Below, piece by piece: positions 1-9,414 of a DNA stretch of 64,000 nt. The stretch comes from an uncultured Akkermansia sp. GTDB lineage: Bacteria > Verrucomicrobiota > Verrucomicrobiia > Verrucomicrobiales > DEV007. Every line of letters begins with the position of its first letter. Position 1 is the first letter of the stretch. Made by a program: the position numbers and the translations under genes. The notes under the pieces were generated by a model. The model saw only the letters and a program-made list of their open reading frames with translations, had not been told where the DNA came from and made no database searches. Location: contig CAZKGI010000017.1 of NCBI GenBank assembly GCA_964552315.1, forward strand, positions 732-64,731, read 5' to 3'.

Positions 1-192
1 ATCGAACACGTCCAGGCCAACGCCGCGGCCGCCAAGGCAATCCTGAAAACGCTTGTTCCGCGTCTACCCGAGGAGGCGAATTGGCCCGAGCACCACGCCC
101 TCGACGGCGCCCTTTTCACGGACCGCGCTCTCTGGCCGGAGGCCACCGTGCAGAAGCTCAGACCCATTCTGGAGCGTTTTCTCAAGGACTGA
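1..192 (+). CDS. mtnP: 3' end (partial) of S-methyl-5'-thioadenosine phosphorylase
   Basis: Frame 1 reads IEHVQANAAAAKAILKTLVPRLPEEANWPEHHALDGALFTDRALWPEATVQKLRPILERFLKD*, resembling the MTAP C-terminus. The gene start lies outside the window. Confidence 0.7.
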   Translation: MEHVQANAAAAKAILKTLVPRLPEEANWPEHHALDGALFTDRALWPEATVQKLRPILERFLKD

Positions 193-209
193 TTCAGGCA
201 AGGTTCTCT

Positions 210-255
210 AATTTGCATTTCTAAGTTGCAAATTTTTAAAATTTTTTTACCTTTG
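210..255 (+). promoter_or_regulatory. AT-rich promoter region with inverted repeat AATTTGCA-N9-TGCAAATT
   Basis: Perfect 8-bp arms at 210-217 and 227-234, overlapping TTGCAA (226-231) and followed by TACCTT (248-253), upstream of the 279 CDS. Confidence 0.4.
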
Positions 256-278
256 CGAACGATCAACATCTCCGCTGC

Positions 279-1043
279 TTGAAAACCGCCTTGTTTCCGC
301 GAATGCTGGTGGCCGCCCTTTCTGGGGTTGCGCTGATTCTTTCCTCCTGCGCCACCCAGCAGGGCAAGAAAAAGACTGCCACGACCGCGGCGGCGACGAG
401 CAGCGAAGCGGCTCCGGAGGTGCTGCCGACCTCGACCGGCACCCAGGACTCCTACAACCGCGTCCCCATGAGCCTGCCTTTTGTGGCCCTGACCTTTGAT
501 GACGGGCCTCATCCGGTGAACACCCCGAAGCTGCTCGACATCCTCAAGCAGCGCAACGTCAAGGCGACTTTCTACGTCGTGGGCACCAATGCCCGGCGTT
601 ATCCCGAGATCCTTCGCCGCATGATCGCCGAGGGGCACGAGATCGGGAACCACACCGTCAACCACCCCAATCTCGCCAAGATGTCCGACGAGGGCGTGCG
701 CAAGGAACTGCGCTCCTGCCACGAGGCCATCGTCGCTGCCACGGGGGTGGCGCCGCGCACCATGCGCCCGCCTTACGGGGCCATCACCGCCTCGCAGAAG
801 TCCTGGATCCGCAAGGAGTTCGGTTACCCCACGATCATGTGGTCTGCCGATCCGCTCGACTGGAAGAAACCGGGGGCCTCCGTGGTGACTGCGCGCCTGG
901 TCTCCGGGGCTTCGCCCGGCGGCATCCTGCTCGCTCACGACATTCACGCGGGCACCATCGAGGCCATGCCTTCGACGATCGATCAGCTGCAGTCGCGCGG
1001 CTACAAGTTCGTCACCGTGACGCAATTGCTCGCCATGGAGTGA
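279..1043 (+). CDS. Polysaccharide deacetylase (NodB/CE4) lipoprotein
   Basis: CE4 motifs TFDDGP, H(T)xxHP, RPPYG, DWK and LxHD; lipobox LILSS-C. Starts at TTG. Confidence 0.9.
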   Translation: MKTALFPRMLVAALSGVALILSSCATQQGKKKTATTAAATSSEAAPEVLPTSTGTQDSYNRVPMSLPFVALTFDDGPHPVNTPKLLDILKQRNVKATFYVVGTNARRYPEILRRMIAEGHEIGNHTVNHPNLAKMSDEGVRKELRSCHEAIVAATGVAPRTMRPPYGAITASQKSWIRKEFGYPTIMWSADPLDWKKPGASVVTARLVSGASPGGILLAHDIHAGTIEAMPSTIDQLQSRGYKFVTVTQLLAME

Positions 1044-1055
1044 GCCGCGGGACGC

Positions 1056-1322
1056 TCAGCGCCGCCTCAGTCCGCGAAAGATGGCCTCGGCGCCGTCTTT
1101 CTTGGTTTGATAGACGAAGGCCATGAGCTCGCCGAGGCGCCCCTGCGGGAAGCCGCTGCCCTTTTCCACAAACCAGTGGAGGTACTCGAAGGGCAAGGTG
1201 TGGATGAAGGCGTGCCGGTAGCGGCCGAAGGGCATGCGGTAGACCTGCAGATCCGCGAGAAATTCCGCGAGCTCGCGCTGCATGATCTCCGACAGGTCGG
1301 AATCCTCGGGGGGATCGCTCAT
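1056..1322 (-). CDS. DUF3820-family small protein
   Basis: MPFGRY...LPFEYLHWF...GFPQGRLGELM pattern; ATG at 1322 chosen within the longer ORF. Confidence 0.7.
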   Translation of the reverse strand: MSDPPEDSDLSEIMQRELAEFLADLQVYRMPFGRYRHAFIHTLPFEYLHWFVEKGSGFPQGRLGELMAFVYQTKKDGAEAIFRGLRRR

Positions 1323-1401
1323 CGGGAGGGGAGTGTATCGGATCGCCCCGTCCCCGACAATCCCGTACTTGGCAGCGGCCCAAGAGGGCTTAGCGTTCCC
1401 C

Positions 1402-2295
1402 GTGAACGCTGATCGTCCCGTTTCTCGATTCCGCACCCTTCTCGTGCTCGGCCGCGTCTCGAACCTGCCGACCGTCTGGACCAACGTGGCGGCGGGTTGG
1501 TTTCTCTCGGGCGGGGCCTGGACGGCGGAACTGGCCTGGATCCTGTTGGGGATTAGCCTGCTCTACGTGGCGGGCATGACGCTCAACGACGCTTGCGACG
1601 CCTCCTGGGACGCCCGTCATGCTCCGGATCGCCCCATCCCTGCGGGTCAAATCCGTCGCGGGACCGTCTGGGCGATCGGCGCCGTGCAGATGGGGACAGG
1701 GCTGGCCGTGATCCTTTGGGGCAGCACGGTTCACGGCATCGTGCTCGCGGCGCTCGTGACGGCGATCTGGCTCTACAATTGGCTGCACAAGCGCTGGGCG
1801 GGTTCGGTTCTCCTGATGGGGCTTTGCCGGGCCCTGGTTTATGTCGGGGCCGGGAGCGCGGTGGTGGCGCATACCGACGCCTTGGAGGTGCCCGCGCTCG
1901 TCTATCTCCTCGCCGGGGGGGTGGTCGTCTACATCGCTGCCCTGACCTTGGCGGCGAGGCAGGAGCACCTCGCGGCTCCGCCTGCCTTGCAGCGCCTCCC
2001 GCGCCTGATGTTGATGCTGCCGGTCTTGTTCCCTCCGCTGATCTGGCGGCTGGCGCCGCCGGGGCCGATCGTCCTGCTCCTGCTGGGACTCGGCGTGCTT
2101 TTCACCGGGGCTTGGCTGCTTCTTGTGCGTCGGCAACTGGTGGAGCGCGTGCCCAAGGGCGTGGCCCTCGCCATTGCCGGCATCGCCCTTTACGACGCGT
2201 CTGTGGTCGCCTTCGCCGACTGGCGGGCAGGTTTGGCCTGTCTCCTTGCCTTTCTGCTGACGCTGGGATTGCAACGAGTCGTTCCCGCGACCTGA
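1402..2295 (+). CDS. UbiA-family prenyltransferase (EboC/SCO3242-like)
   Basis: GRVSNLPTVWTN, Asp-rich GMTLNDACDASWD..DRPIPAG, multiple TM helices; GTG start at 1402 is inferred. Confidence 0.8.
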   Translation: MNADRPVSRFRTLLVLGRVSNLPTVWTNVAAGWFLSGGAWTAELAWILLGISLLYVAGMTLNDACDASWDARHAPDRPIPAGQIRRGTVWAIGAVQMGTGLAVILWGSTVHGIVLAALVTAIWLYNWLHKRWAGSVLLMGLCRALVYVGAGSAVVAHTDALEVPALVYLLAGGVVVYIAALTLAARQEHLAAPPALQRLPRLMLMLPVLFPPLIWRLAPPGPIVLLLLGLGVLFTGAWLLLVRRQLVERVPKGVALAIAGIALYDASVVAFADWRAGLACLLAFLLTLGLQRVVPAT

Positions 2296-2316
2296 AATTC
2301 TCCTCAGCCTTGGTTC

Positions 2317-2754
2317 ATGAGCGCTCCCTTTACCGTCGCGATGGTCGCCTGGGATGGTCCCGAGCGGGAGTTCCTCTTGGCGGTGCGCTTCCAGGTGTTC
2401 GTGGAAGAACAGGGCGTTCCTCCGGAGCACGAGATCGACGAGCACGATGCCGCCTCGCGTCACTTCCTGGCGCGCAGCGCCGAGGGAGAGCCCATTGGGA
2501 CGGCCCGGTTGCTGCCCTGCGGGCGGATCGGCCGGGTGGCGGTGCGGGCGGACTGGCGACGCGGTGGGGTGGGGCGCGCCCTGATGGAAGAGGCCATCGC
2601 CACCGCCCGGCGGGAGGGGATGAGACAATTGCGGCTCCACGCCCAGGTGCACTCCATCCCATTTTACGAGAGTCTAGGCTTCGTGGCCTCGGGGGAAGTC
2701 TTTGAGGAAGAAGGCATTCCGCACCGTCACATGGAGCGCCTCTTGCCGGCCTGA
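2317..2754 (+). CDS. GNAT N-acetyltransferase (ElaA/YjcF-like)
   Basis: VRFQVFVEEQGV, RIGRVAV...RRGGVGRALM, LHAQ...FYESLGF, EEGIPH motifs. Confidence 0.85.
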   Translation: MSAPFTVAMVAWDGPEREFLLAVRFQVFVEEQGVPPEHEIDEHDAASRHFLARSAEGEPIGTARLLPCGRIGRVAVRADWRRGGVGRALMEEAIATARREGMRQLRLHAQVHSIPFYESLGFVASGEVFEEEGIPHRHMERLLPA

Positions 2755-2833
2755 AGCGGGCGGCGGGGGCGGCGGCCAGGGGCAAAAAGGCGTTGCGCGG
2801 ACGGGGATCGGGGCTTGAGTAGCGCACTTAGCC

Positions 2834-3799
2834 ATGGGGATCAGAGCTGTATTGATGTTTGCCGGACAGGGCGCCCAAACCGTCGGGATGGGGCGCGACC
2901 TCGCCGACCGTTTTGAGGACGTTCGCGAGCTCTTCGACCGTGCCGACGCGCAGCTCGGCTATGCCCTCAGCGAGAAAATGTTCGAGGGACCGGCCTCGGA
3001 ACTGACGCGCACCTCGATCTGTCAGCCCGCCCTCTACGTTCACGGTCTGGCCTGTCTTCAGTTGCTGAAGCGCCACCTTCCCGATCTTGAAATCGCGGGA
3101 TGTATCGGCCTCTCCCTGGGCGAGTTCACGGCCCACGCCGCGGCGGGAACCTTCTCCTTTGAAACGGGGCTCGACCTCGTCGCCAAGCGCGGGACCTTCA
3201 TGGAAGAGGCCACTTCGGCGACGGAGGGCTCCATGGCGGCCCTGATCGGCGGCGAAGAGGAGGACATCCGCCGCCTCGCGGCCAAGTGCGACATCGATGT
3301 CGCCAATTTGAATGCTCCCGGACAAATCGTGGTTTCAGGGACCAAGGCAGGCATTGCCCAGGCCCTTGCCGAGGCCGCGGACCACGGCGTGCGCATCGCC
3401 CAGGAACTGGACGTGGCCGGGGCCTACCATTCCCGCCTGATGATGTCCGCCCAGGAGAAGCTGGCCGAGGTCCTGCAGGATCTCCCCTTGGACGCGCCGC
3501 AGGTTCCCGTGATCTGCAATGTCGAGGCCAGCGAGGTGACTTCGCCCGAGGAGATCCGGCGCACCCTGGAGGCCCAGGTGAGCGGCTCGGTGCGTTGGAG
3601 CGAATGCGTCCGCCAATTCCTCGACCGCGGCGAGACGCTCTTCATCGAACTCGGTCCCGGCCGGGTCCTGGCGGGGCTGATGCGCCGCATCGATCGCGGG
3701 GCCAAGGCCCTGAGCTTCTCCGATGTGGAGAGCTTCGAGAAAACCCTGGCCGAGCTCGGCGGTCAGTTGGAGGCGGCTCCCGTTTCCGCGACGCGGTAA
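2834..3799 (+). CDS. fabD: Malonyl-CoA:ACP transacylase
   Basis: FAGQGAQ, catalytic G(L)SLGE, GAYHS, SVRW and ELGPG motifs. Confidence 0.95.
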   Translation: MGIRAVLMFAGQGAQTVGMGRDLADRFEDVRELFDRADAQLGYALSEKMFEGPASELTRTSICQPALYVHGLACLQLLKRHLPDLEIAGCIGLSLGEFTAHAAAGTFSFETGLDLVAKRGTFMEEATSATEGSMAALIGGEEEDIRRLAAKCDIDVANLNAPGQIVVSGTKAGIAQALAEAADHGVRIAQELDVAGAYHSRLMMSAQEKLAEVLQDLPLDAPQVPVICNVEASEVTSPEEIRRTLEAQVSGSVRWSECVRQFLDRGETLFIELGPGRVLAGLMRRIDRGAKALSFSDVESFEKTLAELGGQLEAAPVSATR

Positions 3800-4431
3800 G
3801 CGCTGCCGTCGAGAGGGCCGTGCAGGACGTAGAGGTCGAGGACGGCCTTGACGCGGGCGAGGCATTCGCGCCATCGAACCCGGCGGGAATCGCCGTAGTC
3901 CACCGACTCACTGCGGAGGGCAATGGCGTCGAGTCCGCAGCGATCGGCGATGAAGAGGGCTCGATTCACGTGAAAATCGTCGGAGATGATGGCAATCCGA
4001 TCGAAGCCGAAAATGGACTTCACGCGGAGCATGGAGTCCAGGGTGCGGGCGCCCCGGTCATCGGCGAGCATGGCCGAGGGGGGCACGCCGAGTTCGGTGA
4101 GCTTGGCCATCATGTCGCGGGTTTCGTCGTAATAGCGAGAATCGCGGTAGCCGCTTACGAGGAGGCGCTCGGCCTTGCCTTCGGCGTACAAGGCCGCGGC
4201 GGCGGCCATGCGATTCTCGAAGTGGCGGTTGGGCGTGTCCGGCGCGCTGTTCTTCGAGGTGCCGAGAACCACGGCCACCTGCCGCGCTTCGATGGCCTCC
4301 ACGGAATCGTGGACCCGGGCTTGGGTGGAAAGCACGATCCAAAGGTTGCAGGAGACGATGAGAGCGACGAGTAGCAAGACAGGCAGGCCGACGCCCCAAA
4401 AAAGGATGGAGCGCCAGCGTTTGCGGGGCAT
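3763..4431 (-). CDS. sanA: SanA/YdcF (DUF218) family membrane protein
   Basis: N-terminal TM helix; VVLGT..NRHFENR, LLVSG, YDET, GARTLDS, SDDFHVNRA and RECLARVKA motifs. Confidence 0.8.
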   Translation of the reverse strand: MPRKRWRSILFWGVGLPVLLLVALIVSCNLWIVLSTQARVHDSVEAIEARQVAVVLGTSKNSAPDTPNRHFENRMAAAAALYAEGKAERLLVSGYRDSRYYDETRDMMAKLTELGVPPSAMLADDRGARTLDSMLRVKSIFGFDRIAIISDDFHVNRALFIADRCGLDAIALRSESVDYGDSRRVRWRECLARVKAVLDLYVLHGPLDGSAYRVAETGAASN

Positions 4432-4519
4432 GGTGGAGCAAGTGCGCACGACTGCCGTGAATTCTTTAATTCTTTAGTATTTCCGAAAATTCCGAGCTTT
4501 CAAATCGTTTGAACGCCCT

Positions 4520-6259
4520 ATGAGCACCGTCTTCCGCGTGGTTTCCTACTTGAAGCGCTATCCTGCCTTGGCGACGGCGCAGTTGTTGTGCGCCGTTCTC
4601 ATGACGGTGCTGGTGGTGGTCTTTCCCGGGGTGGCCCAGACGATCACTGGAGAGGTGATCCCGCAGCGGGATTTCGATCGCCTGCTCCCCCTGGCCCTGC
4701 TGGCCGCTGGGACCTTTTTTGCCACGAATCTCTTCAATGGCCTTCGCATTGTCTTAAACAATACGTTTGAGCAGCGGGTCATCTTCGACATTCGCTCCGA
4801 TTTGTACCGAAAAATTCAGCGGCTCCCGATGCGTTGGTTCGACAACAAGCGCACCGGCGACGTGATGACCCGGGTGACGGAGGACGTCACCGCGATGGAG
4901 CGCGTTCTCATTGACGGGATTGAGCAGGGGGTGGTCGCGTCCCTGCAGATCCTCGTCGTGGGCGGCTATCTCTTTTACCTCGACCCCAAGCTGGCCCTGG
5001 CGACGATGATCCCCATGCCCTTCCTGGTGGGCGGTGCCTGGGCCTACACCAAGAGCTCGCCGCAGCGTCACCGCCGCGTCCGCGAAGCCACCAGTGAAAT
5101 GAATTCGCTGCTCCACGACAACATCGACGGGGTCCAGCAGATCAAGGCCTTCGTCCGCGAGGACGCCGAGCATGGCCGTTTCAACGCCGCCAGCGAACGC
5201 GTCCGCCAGGCGACGCTCCACCTCATGCGGGTCTGGGCGATCTACAACCCCTCGATGGAGTTCTGTCGCAATTTCGGATACGTCCTCGTCATCGCCTATG
5301 GTGCCTGGTCGGTGATGCAGGCTCCCGACCAGGCGGCCCTGGAGGCGCAAACCGGCGTCTTTGTCGCCTTCCTGGTGGCCTTGAACCTCTTTTACGAGCC
5401 GATTTCGCGCCTGCACGGCCTGAACCAAATCATGCAGGCGGGGCGGGCGGCCGCCGAGCGGGTGTTTGAAATCGTCGACGCCGAGGAGGAGCCCGGCCTC
5501 GACGAAGGGCAGGAGCTGCCTCAACCCCTGCAGGGACAGGTCGTCCTTCGCGACGTCCGCTTTTCCTATGGCGACAGCATTCCGACCTTGCGCGGCGTTT
5601 CCATGGAGGCCCGGCCCGGACAGATGATCGCCCTGGTGGGACAGACCGGAGCGGGCAAGTCGACCGTCATCAACCTCATGACGCGCTTTTACGAGGCGGA
5701 TGCGGGAACGATCACGATCGACGGAATGCCCCTCGACCAAGTGAAGAAAGCGTCGCTGCGCTCCGCCATGGGCTACGTCACCCAGGAGAGCTTTCTCTTC
5801 AACGGCTCGGTGCGGGAAAACCTGCTTCTGGGCCGACCGGAGGCCACCGAGGAAGCCATGTGGGACGCGTTGCGCGCGGCCAATGCCGCGGCCTTCGTGG
5901 AGGCCCTGCCTCAGCAGCTCGACACCAACGTGGGGGAACGCGGCGTGAAGTTGTCTGTCGGGGAAAAACAGCGCATCGCCATTGCCCGGGTCGTGCTGAA
6001 AAATCCCCCGATCCTCCTCCTCGACGAGGCCACCGCCAGCGTCGACACCGAGACGGAAGCCCTGATCCAGGGGGCCTTGGAGCGCCTGATGTCGAATCGC
6101 ACCAGCTTCGTCATCGCCCATCGTCTCTCCACGGTTCGCAACGCCGACCGCATCTATGTGCTGGAAAAGGGCCAGGTCGTCGAGGAAGGCGATCACGAGA
6201 GCCTGCTCGCCCTGGACGGCACCTATGCCATGCTCTGCCGCCAGAGCCTGATGGCCTGA
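4520..6259 (+). CDS. ABC exporter, fused permease/ATPase (MsbA/MdlB-like)
   Basis: Six-TM N-terminal domain; Walker A GQTGAGKST, signature LSVGEKQR, Walker B LLLDEATASVD, H-loop IAHRLST. Confidence 0.93.
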   Translation: MSTVFRVVSYLKRYPALATAQLLCAVLMTVLVVVFPGVAQTITGEVIPQRDFDRLLPLALLAAGTFFATNLFNGLRIVLNNTFEQRVIFDIRSDLYRKIQRLPMRWFDNKRTGDVMTRVTEDVTAMERVLIDGIEQGVVASLQILVVGGYLFYLDPKLALATMIPMPFLVGGAWAYTKSSPQRHRRVREATSEMNSLLHDNIDGVQQIKAFVREDAEHGRFNAASERVRQATLHLMRVWAIYNPSMEFCRNFGYVLVIAYGAWSVMQAPDQAALEAQTGVFVAFLVALNLFYEPISRLHGLNQIMQAGRAAAERVFEIVDAEEEPGLDEGQELPQPLQGQVVLRDVRFSYGDSIPTLRGVSMEARPGQMIALVGQTGAGKSTVINLMTRFYEADAGTITIDGMPLDQVKKASLRSAMGYVTQESFLFNGSVRENLLLGRPEATEEAMWDALRAANAAAFVEALPQQLDTNVGERGVKLSVGEKQRIAIARVVLKNPPILLLDEATASVDTETEALIQGALERLMSNRTSFVIAHRLSTVRNADRIYVLEKGQVVEEGDHESLLALDGTYAMLCRQSLMA

Positions 6260-6318
6260 ACGGTCTTCTGGGGAATCCTTGCCAGGCGGTGGAGGCGCGC
6301 CAGCCCCCGTGTCCGGCC

Positions 6319-9300
6319 TCAGTCCAGGTCGAAGAGATCGAGGAGCTCGTTTTCCGAGAGGTGGGCGTCGCCGGCCTCGGAGAGGAGCGATTCGGTGAGG
6401 TGGCGTTTGCGCTCCTGCAGGGCGAGGATTTTTTCCTCGACGGTGTCCCGCGCGATCAGCTTGTAGCTGGTGACGACGCGCTCCTGCCCGATGCGGTGGG
6501 CCCGGTCGGTGGCCTGGGCCTCGACGGCGGGGTTCCACCAGGGATCGACGTGAATGACCGTGTCCGCGGCGGTGAGGTTCAAGCCCACCCCGCCCGCCTT
6601 GAGGCTGATGAGGAAGACGGGTGCCTTTCCTTGTTGGAAGCGGTCGACGACGGCGGCGCGATCCTTAGTGGAGCCGTCGAGATAGCAGAAGTCGATCTTT
6701 TTCGCCACCAGCTCGCCCACGAGGATCTGCAGCATGCCGACGAACTGGCTGAAGACCAGGACGCGATGGCCGCCGGAGACGGCCTCGTCGAGCAATTCCC
6801 CGAGGGCGTCCAGCTTGGCGGAGCTCTCCGTCTCGGCGAGGTCCTGGAGTCCGAGGAGGCGCAGGTCGCAGCAGCTTTGCCTGAGCCGGAGCAAGGCGGT
6901 GAGGGCCAGCATCCGCTTGCGGCCGCCTTCGGCTTCGAGGAGGGAGGCGCGGCTTTCCTGGAGGAGCTTGCGGTAGACCTCCCGCTGCGGGGGACTCAGC
7001 TCGCAATAGACCACTTGCTCGATCTTTTCCGGCAGGTCCCGGGCAACCTCGCGCTTGAGCCGTCGCAGCACAATGGGACGCAGTCGCCGCGAGAGCCGCT
7101 CGCGCACCGAGGCCGGAGGATCGCTCGAACTGAGGGCTTTGACGAAGCGTTCGGAGAAGCGCTCGCGACTGCCGAGGTAGCCGGGCAAGGCGAAGCGGCA
7201 GATCGACCAGAGGTCTTCGGGCGAGTTTTCCACCGGGGTGCCGGTGAGGGCGAGGCGGTGATGGGCTTGCAGGCGGTGGGCAATCTTGCTGACCTGGGCC
7301 TCGGGATTCTTGATGTGCTGGGCCTCGTCGAGGACGACGAGATCAAAATGCTGGGTCTGCCAATGGGTTTCGTCGCGGCGGAGCAGGGCATAGCTGGTGA
7401 CGAGGAGATCGCAATCCCCTGACGTTTCCATCACGCGGTGGCGGTCCGGTCCCTCGACGGCCGCCACCCTCAGGGACGGCGTGAACTTGCGGGCTTCGGC
7501 GACCCAGTTGTGGACGAGGGAGGAAGGGCAGACGACGAGGGCTCTCCCCCCGAGGCTTTGCAGGAAGGCCAAGGTCTGAATCGTCTTCCCCAGGCCCATG
7601 TCGTCGGCGAGGATCCCGCCGAGACCGCGGCGGGCGAGGTTCTGCATCCAGGCCACGCCCTCGCGCTGGTAGGGGCGCAAGCTTTGGTCCAGACCAGGAT
7701 CCAGCTCGTGAAAGGCGATCTCGCGCGGGCGGAGCTGCCAGGGCAGTTCGCCGTCGACGGCGAGCCCGGCATCCGCCGCGGTTTCTCGCAGGTAGTCCGC
7801 CTGGACGCGGTCGACCCGATAGGTGCCGGGCTGGACCTGCTGGGGATCGCAGTCGGAGAGGATTTCGCCGAGTTCTCCGGCGAACTTCGGGTCGAGCACG
7901 GCGATTTTGCCTCCGCGGCCCGGCCGTCCATGGCGTCCGGATTCGAGCAGGCGCTGGATTTCCTGCCGGGAAACGCGCTCGCCCGAGGGGGTGGCGAAGT
8001 CCACCTCCATGGCGAACCAGTCCTCGCCGCTGGAACGGAAATGCAGGCTCGGCCGGATGGGCTCGACTTGGCTGAGCGCGTGCTCGAAGCGCTCCCCGGG
8101 GCGGGTTTCCCATCGCTCCTGGAAGGCGGGATAGCCGTGGGCCAGGAATTGCAGGATGGCCTCCTTGTCCTTGAGGACAAAGCGACCGGCCTCGCCACGG
8201 CGCTCAAATCCCGCCTGCTCCAACTCGGCGATGGCGGCCGCCTCGGCCTCCTCGTCGGCGAGCACGAGAAGTTCGCCTTCTTCCCAGACGCGGGGGCGGT
8301 CGGTGGCGGCGGGCTGCTCCCGGTTGCCGTAGAGGAAGAAGAGATCGGCATCGAGGTGATTCAGCGAACCCTCGAGATTCAGCCGCACCACGGGACGCTG
8401 CGGCGAGAGTCTCAGGCCTCCGGTGTCGAAGTGCCGAGTCCACGCGGCGAGCAGCTCGGGGAGGGCGGAGGGATCGGGACGGAGGCCCTGGGCCAGCCAG
8501 GAGCTGGCCCCGCTGAGGCCGTGGGCCACGGGGCGGAGACGGTTTTCATTCTCCAAAAGCCAGCACCCCGCGGCGGCCGGCAAGAGCGTGGTCCCCGAGG
8601 GCCATTCCACCTGAAAGCGCAGGCCCTTGGCCCGTCGCAAGACGGGACGGTAGGGCAGCGGTGAGATTTGCAGGGGCGCCTTCTTGCCCAGGCTGATGCG
8701 GGGATGGCCGGGGATGGTGGCAAAGAGCCGCGACGCCTCCTCCGCGCCGAGCAGGAGCACCCCGGGCACTTCGCTGGGGGAGAGCTCCTGCAGGAGGCGG
8801 AAAAGGGCCACGTCACCGGCTTCCAAAAAGAGGGGACAGGCCGGGGGGAGTGCCTTGAGGAGGGAACGGCCCCTTTCCAGGGACACTTCCACGCCCAGGG
8901 TGAGCCGGCCCTTCTCCCAGGCGGCGGCCAGGTTCGGGGCGAGCACGAGGTGGAGCTGGGCCGGTTGGGCGGTTTCGTCCGCTTCTTCGACACAAAGGGG
9001 CCAGGCGGGATGCAGGGGCGTCTTCGCCGCGCGGGCGGGCGGGCCCGCGGGCGCGGCCGTCTTCGTCGTGGCGGGGGCCGCTCCGCTCGCCGGGGACTCG
9101 GCCTTGGGCTGGGTGGGTTCGATGGTTTCGAGGCCCGCGGCGAGGGCGTGGGCGCAGATGATGCCGTCGCGCCGGGCGCGGAAACAGGGGCAGTGGTTGA
9201 CCCAGTCCGTGCGCGAGCGGATTTCCACGCGCACCCGGAGGGGCTTCGATCCCTCGCGGACGAGGGCTTCGAGCAGCCCATGCTCGTAGCGAGCCTCGCT

Positions 9301-9399
9301 AACCCGGCCTGAAGCGTGCAGGACGCGGGCCTCTTTCATCTCCTTCCACCCTCCGGTGTCAGTGAGAATTTGCCGGCTGAGGACGACTGGTTCGGGCAT
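6319..9399 (-). CDS. SWIM zinc-finger SNF2-family helicase/ATPase
   Basis: SWIM CPC...CAH; helicase motifs LADDMGLGKT, DEAQ, SLKAGGVGLNLT and WNPAVEAQATDRAHRIGQ. Confidence 0.92.
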   Translation of the reverse strand: MPEPVVLSRQILTDTGGWKEMKEARVLHASGRVSEARYEHGLLEALVREGSKPLRVRVEIRSRTDWVNHCPCFRARRDGIICAHALAAGLETIEPTQPKAESPASGAAPATTKTAAPAGPPARAAKTPLHPAWPLCVEEADETAQPAQLHLVLAPNLAAAWEKGRLTLGVEVSLERGRSLLKALPPACPLFLEAGDVALFRLLQELSPSEVPGVLLLGAEEASRLFATIPGHPRISLGKKAPLQISPLPYRPVLRRAKGLRFQVEWPSGTTLLPAAAGCWLLENENRLRPVAHGLSGASSWLAQGLRPDPSALPELLAAWTRHFDTGGLRLSPQRPVVRLNLEGSLNHLDADLFFLYGNREQPAATDRPRVWEEGELLVLADEEAEAAAIAELEQAGFERRGEAGRFVLKDKEAILQFLAHGYPAFQERWETRPGERFEHALSQVEPIRPSLHFRSSGEDWFAMEVDFATPSGERVSRQEIQRLLESGRHGRPGRGGKIAVLDPKFAGELGEILSDCDPQQVQPGTYRVDRVQADYLRETAADAGLAVDGELPWQLRPREIAFHELDPGLDQSLRPYQREGVAWMQNLARRGLGGILADDMGLGKTIQTLAFLQSLGGRALVVCPSSLVHNWVAEARKFTPSLRVAAVEGPDRHRVMETSGDCDLLVTSYALLRRDETHWQTQHFDLVVLDEAQHIKNPEAQVSKIAHRLQAHHRLALTGTPVENSPEDLWSICRFALPGYLGSRERFSERFVKALSSSDPPASVRERLSRRLRPIVLRRLKREVARDLPEKIEQVVYCELSPPQREVYRKLLQESRASLLEAEGGRKRMLALTALLRLRQSCCDLRLLGLQDLAETESSAKLDALGELLDEAVSGGHRVLVFSQFVGMLQILVGELVAKKIDFCYLDGSTKDRAAVVDRFQQGKAPVFLISLKAGGVGLNLTAADTVIHVDPWWNPAVEAQATDRAHRIGQERVVTSYKLIARDTVEEKILALQERKRHLTESLLSEAGDAHLSENELLDLFDLD

Positions 9400-9414
9400 G
9401 GCGGCGCCGTGGCC

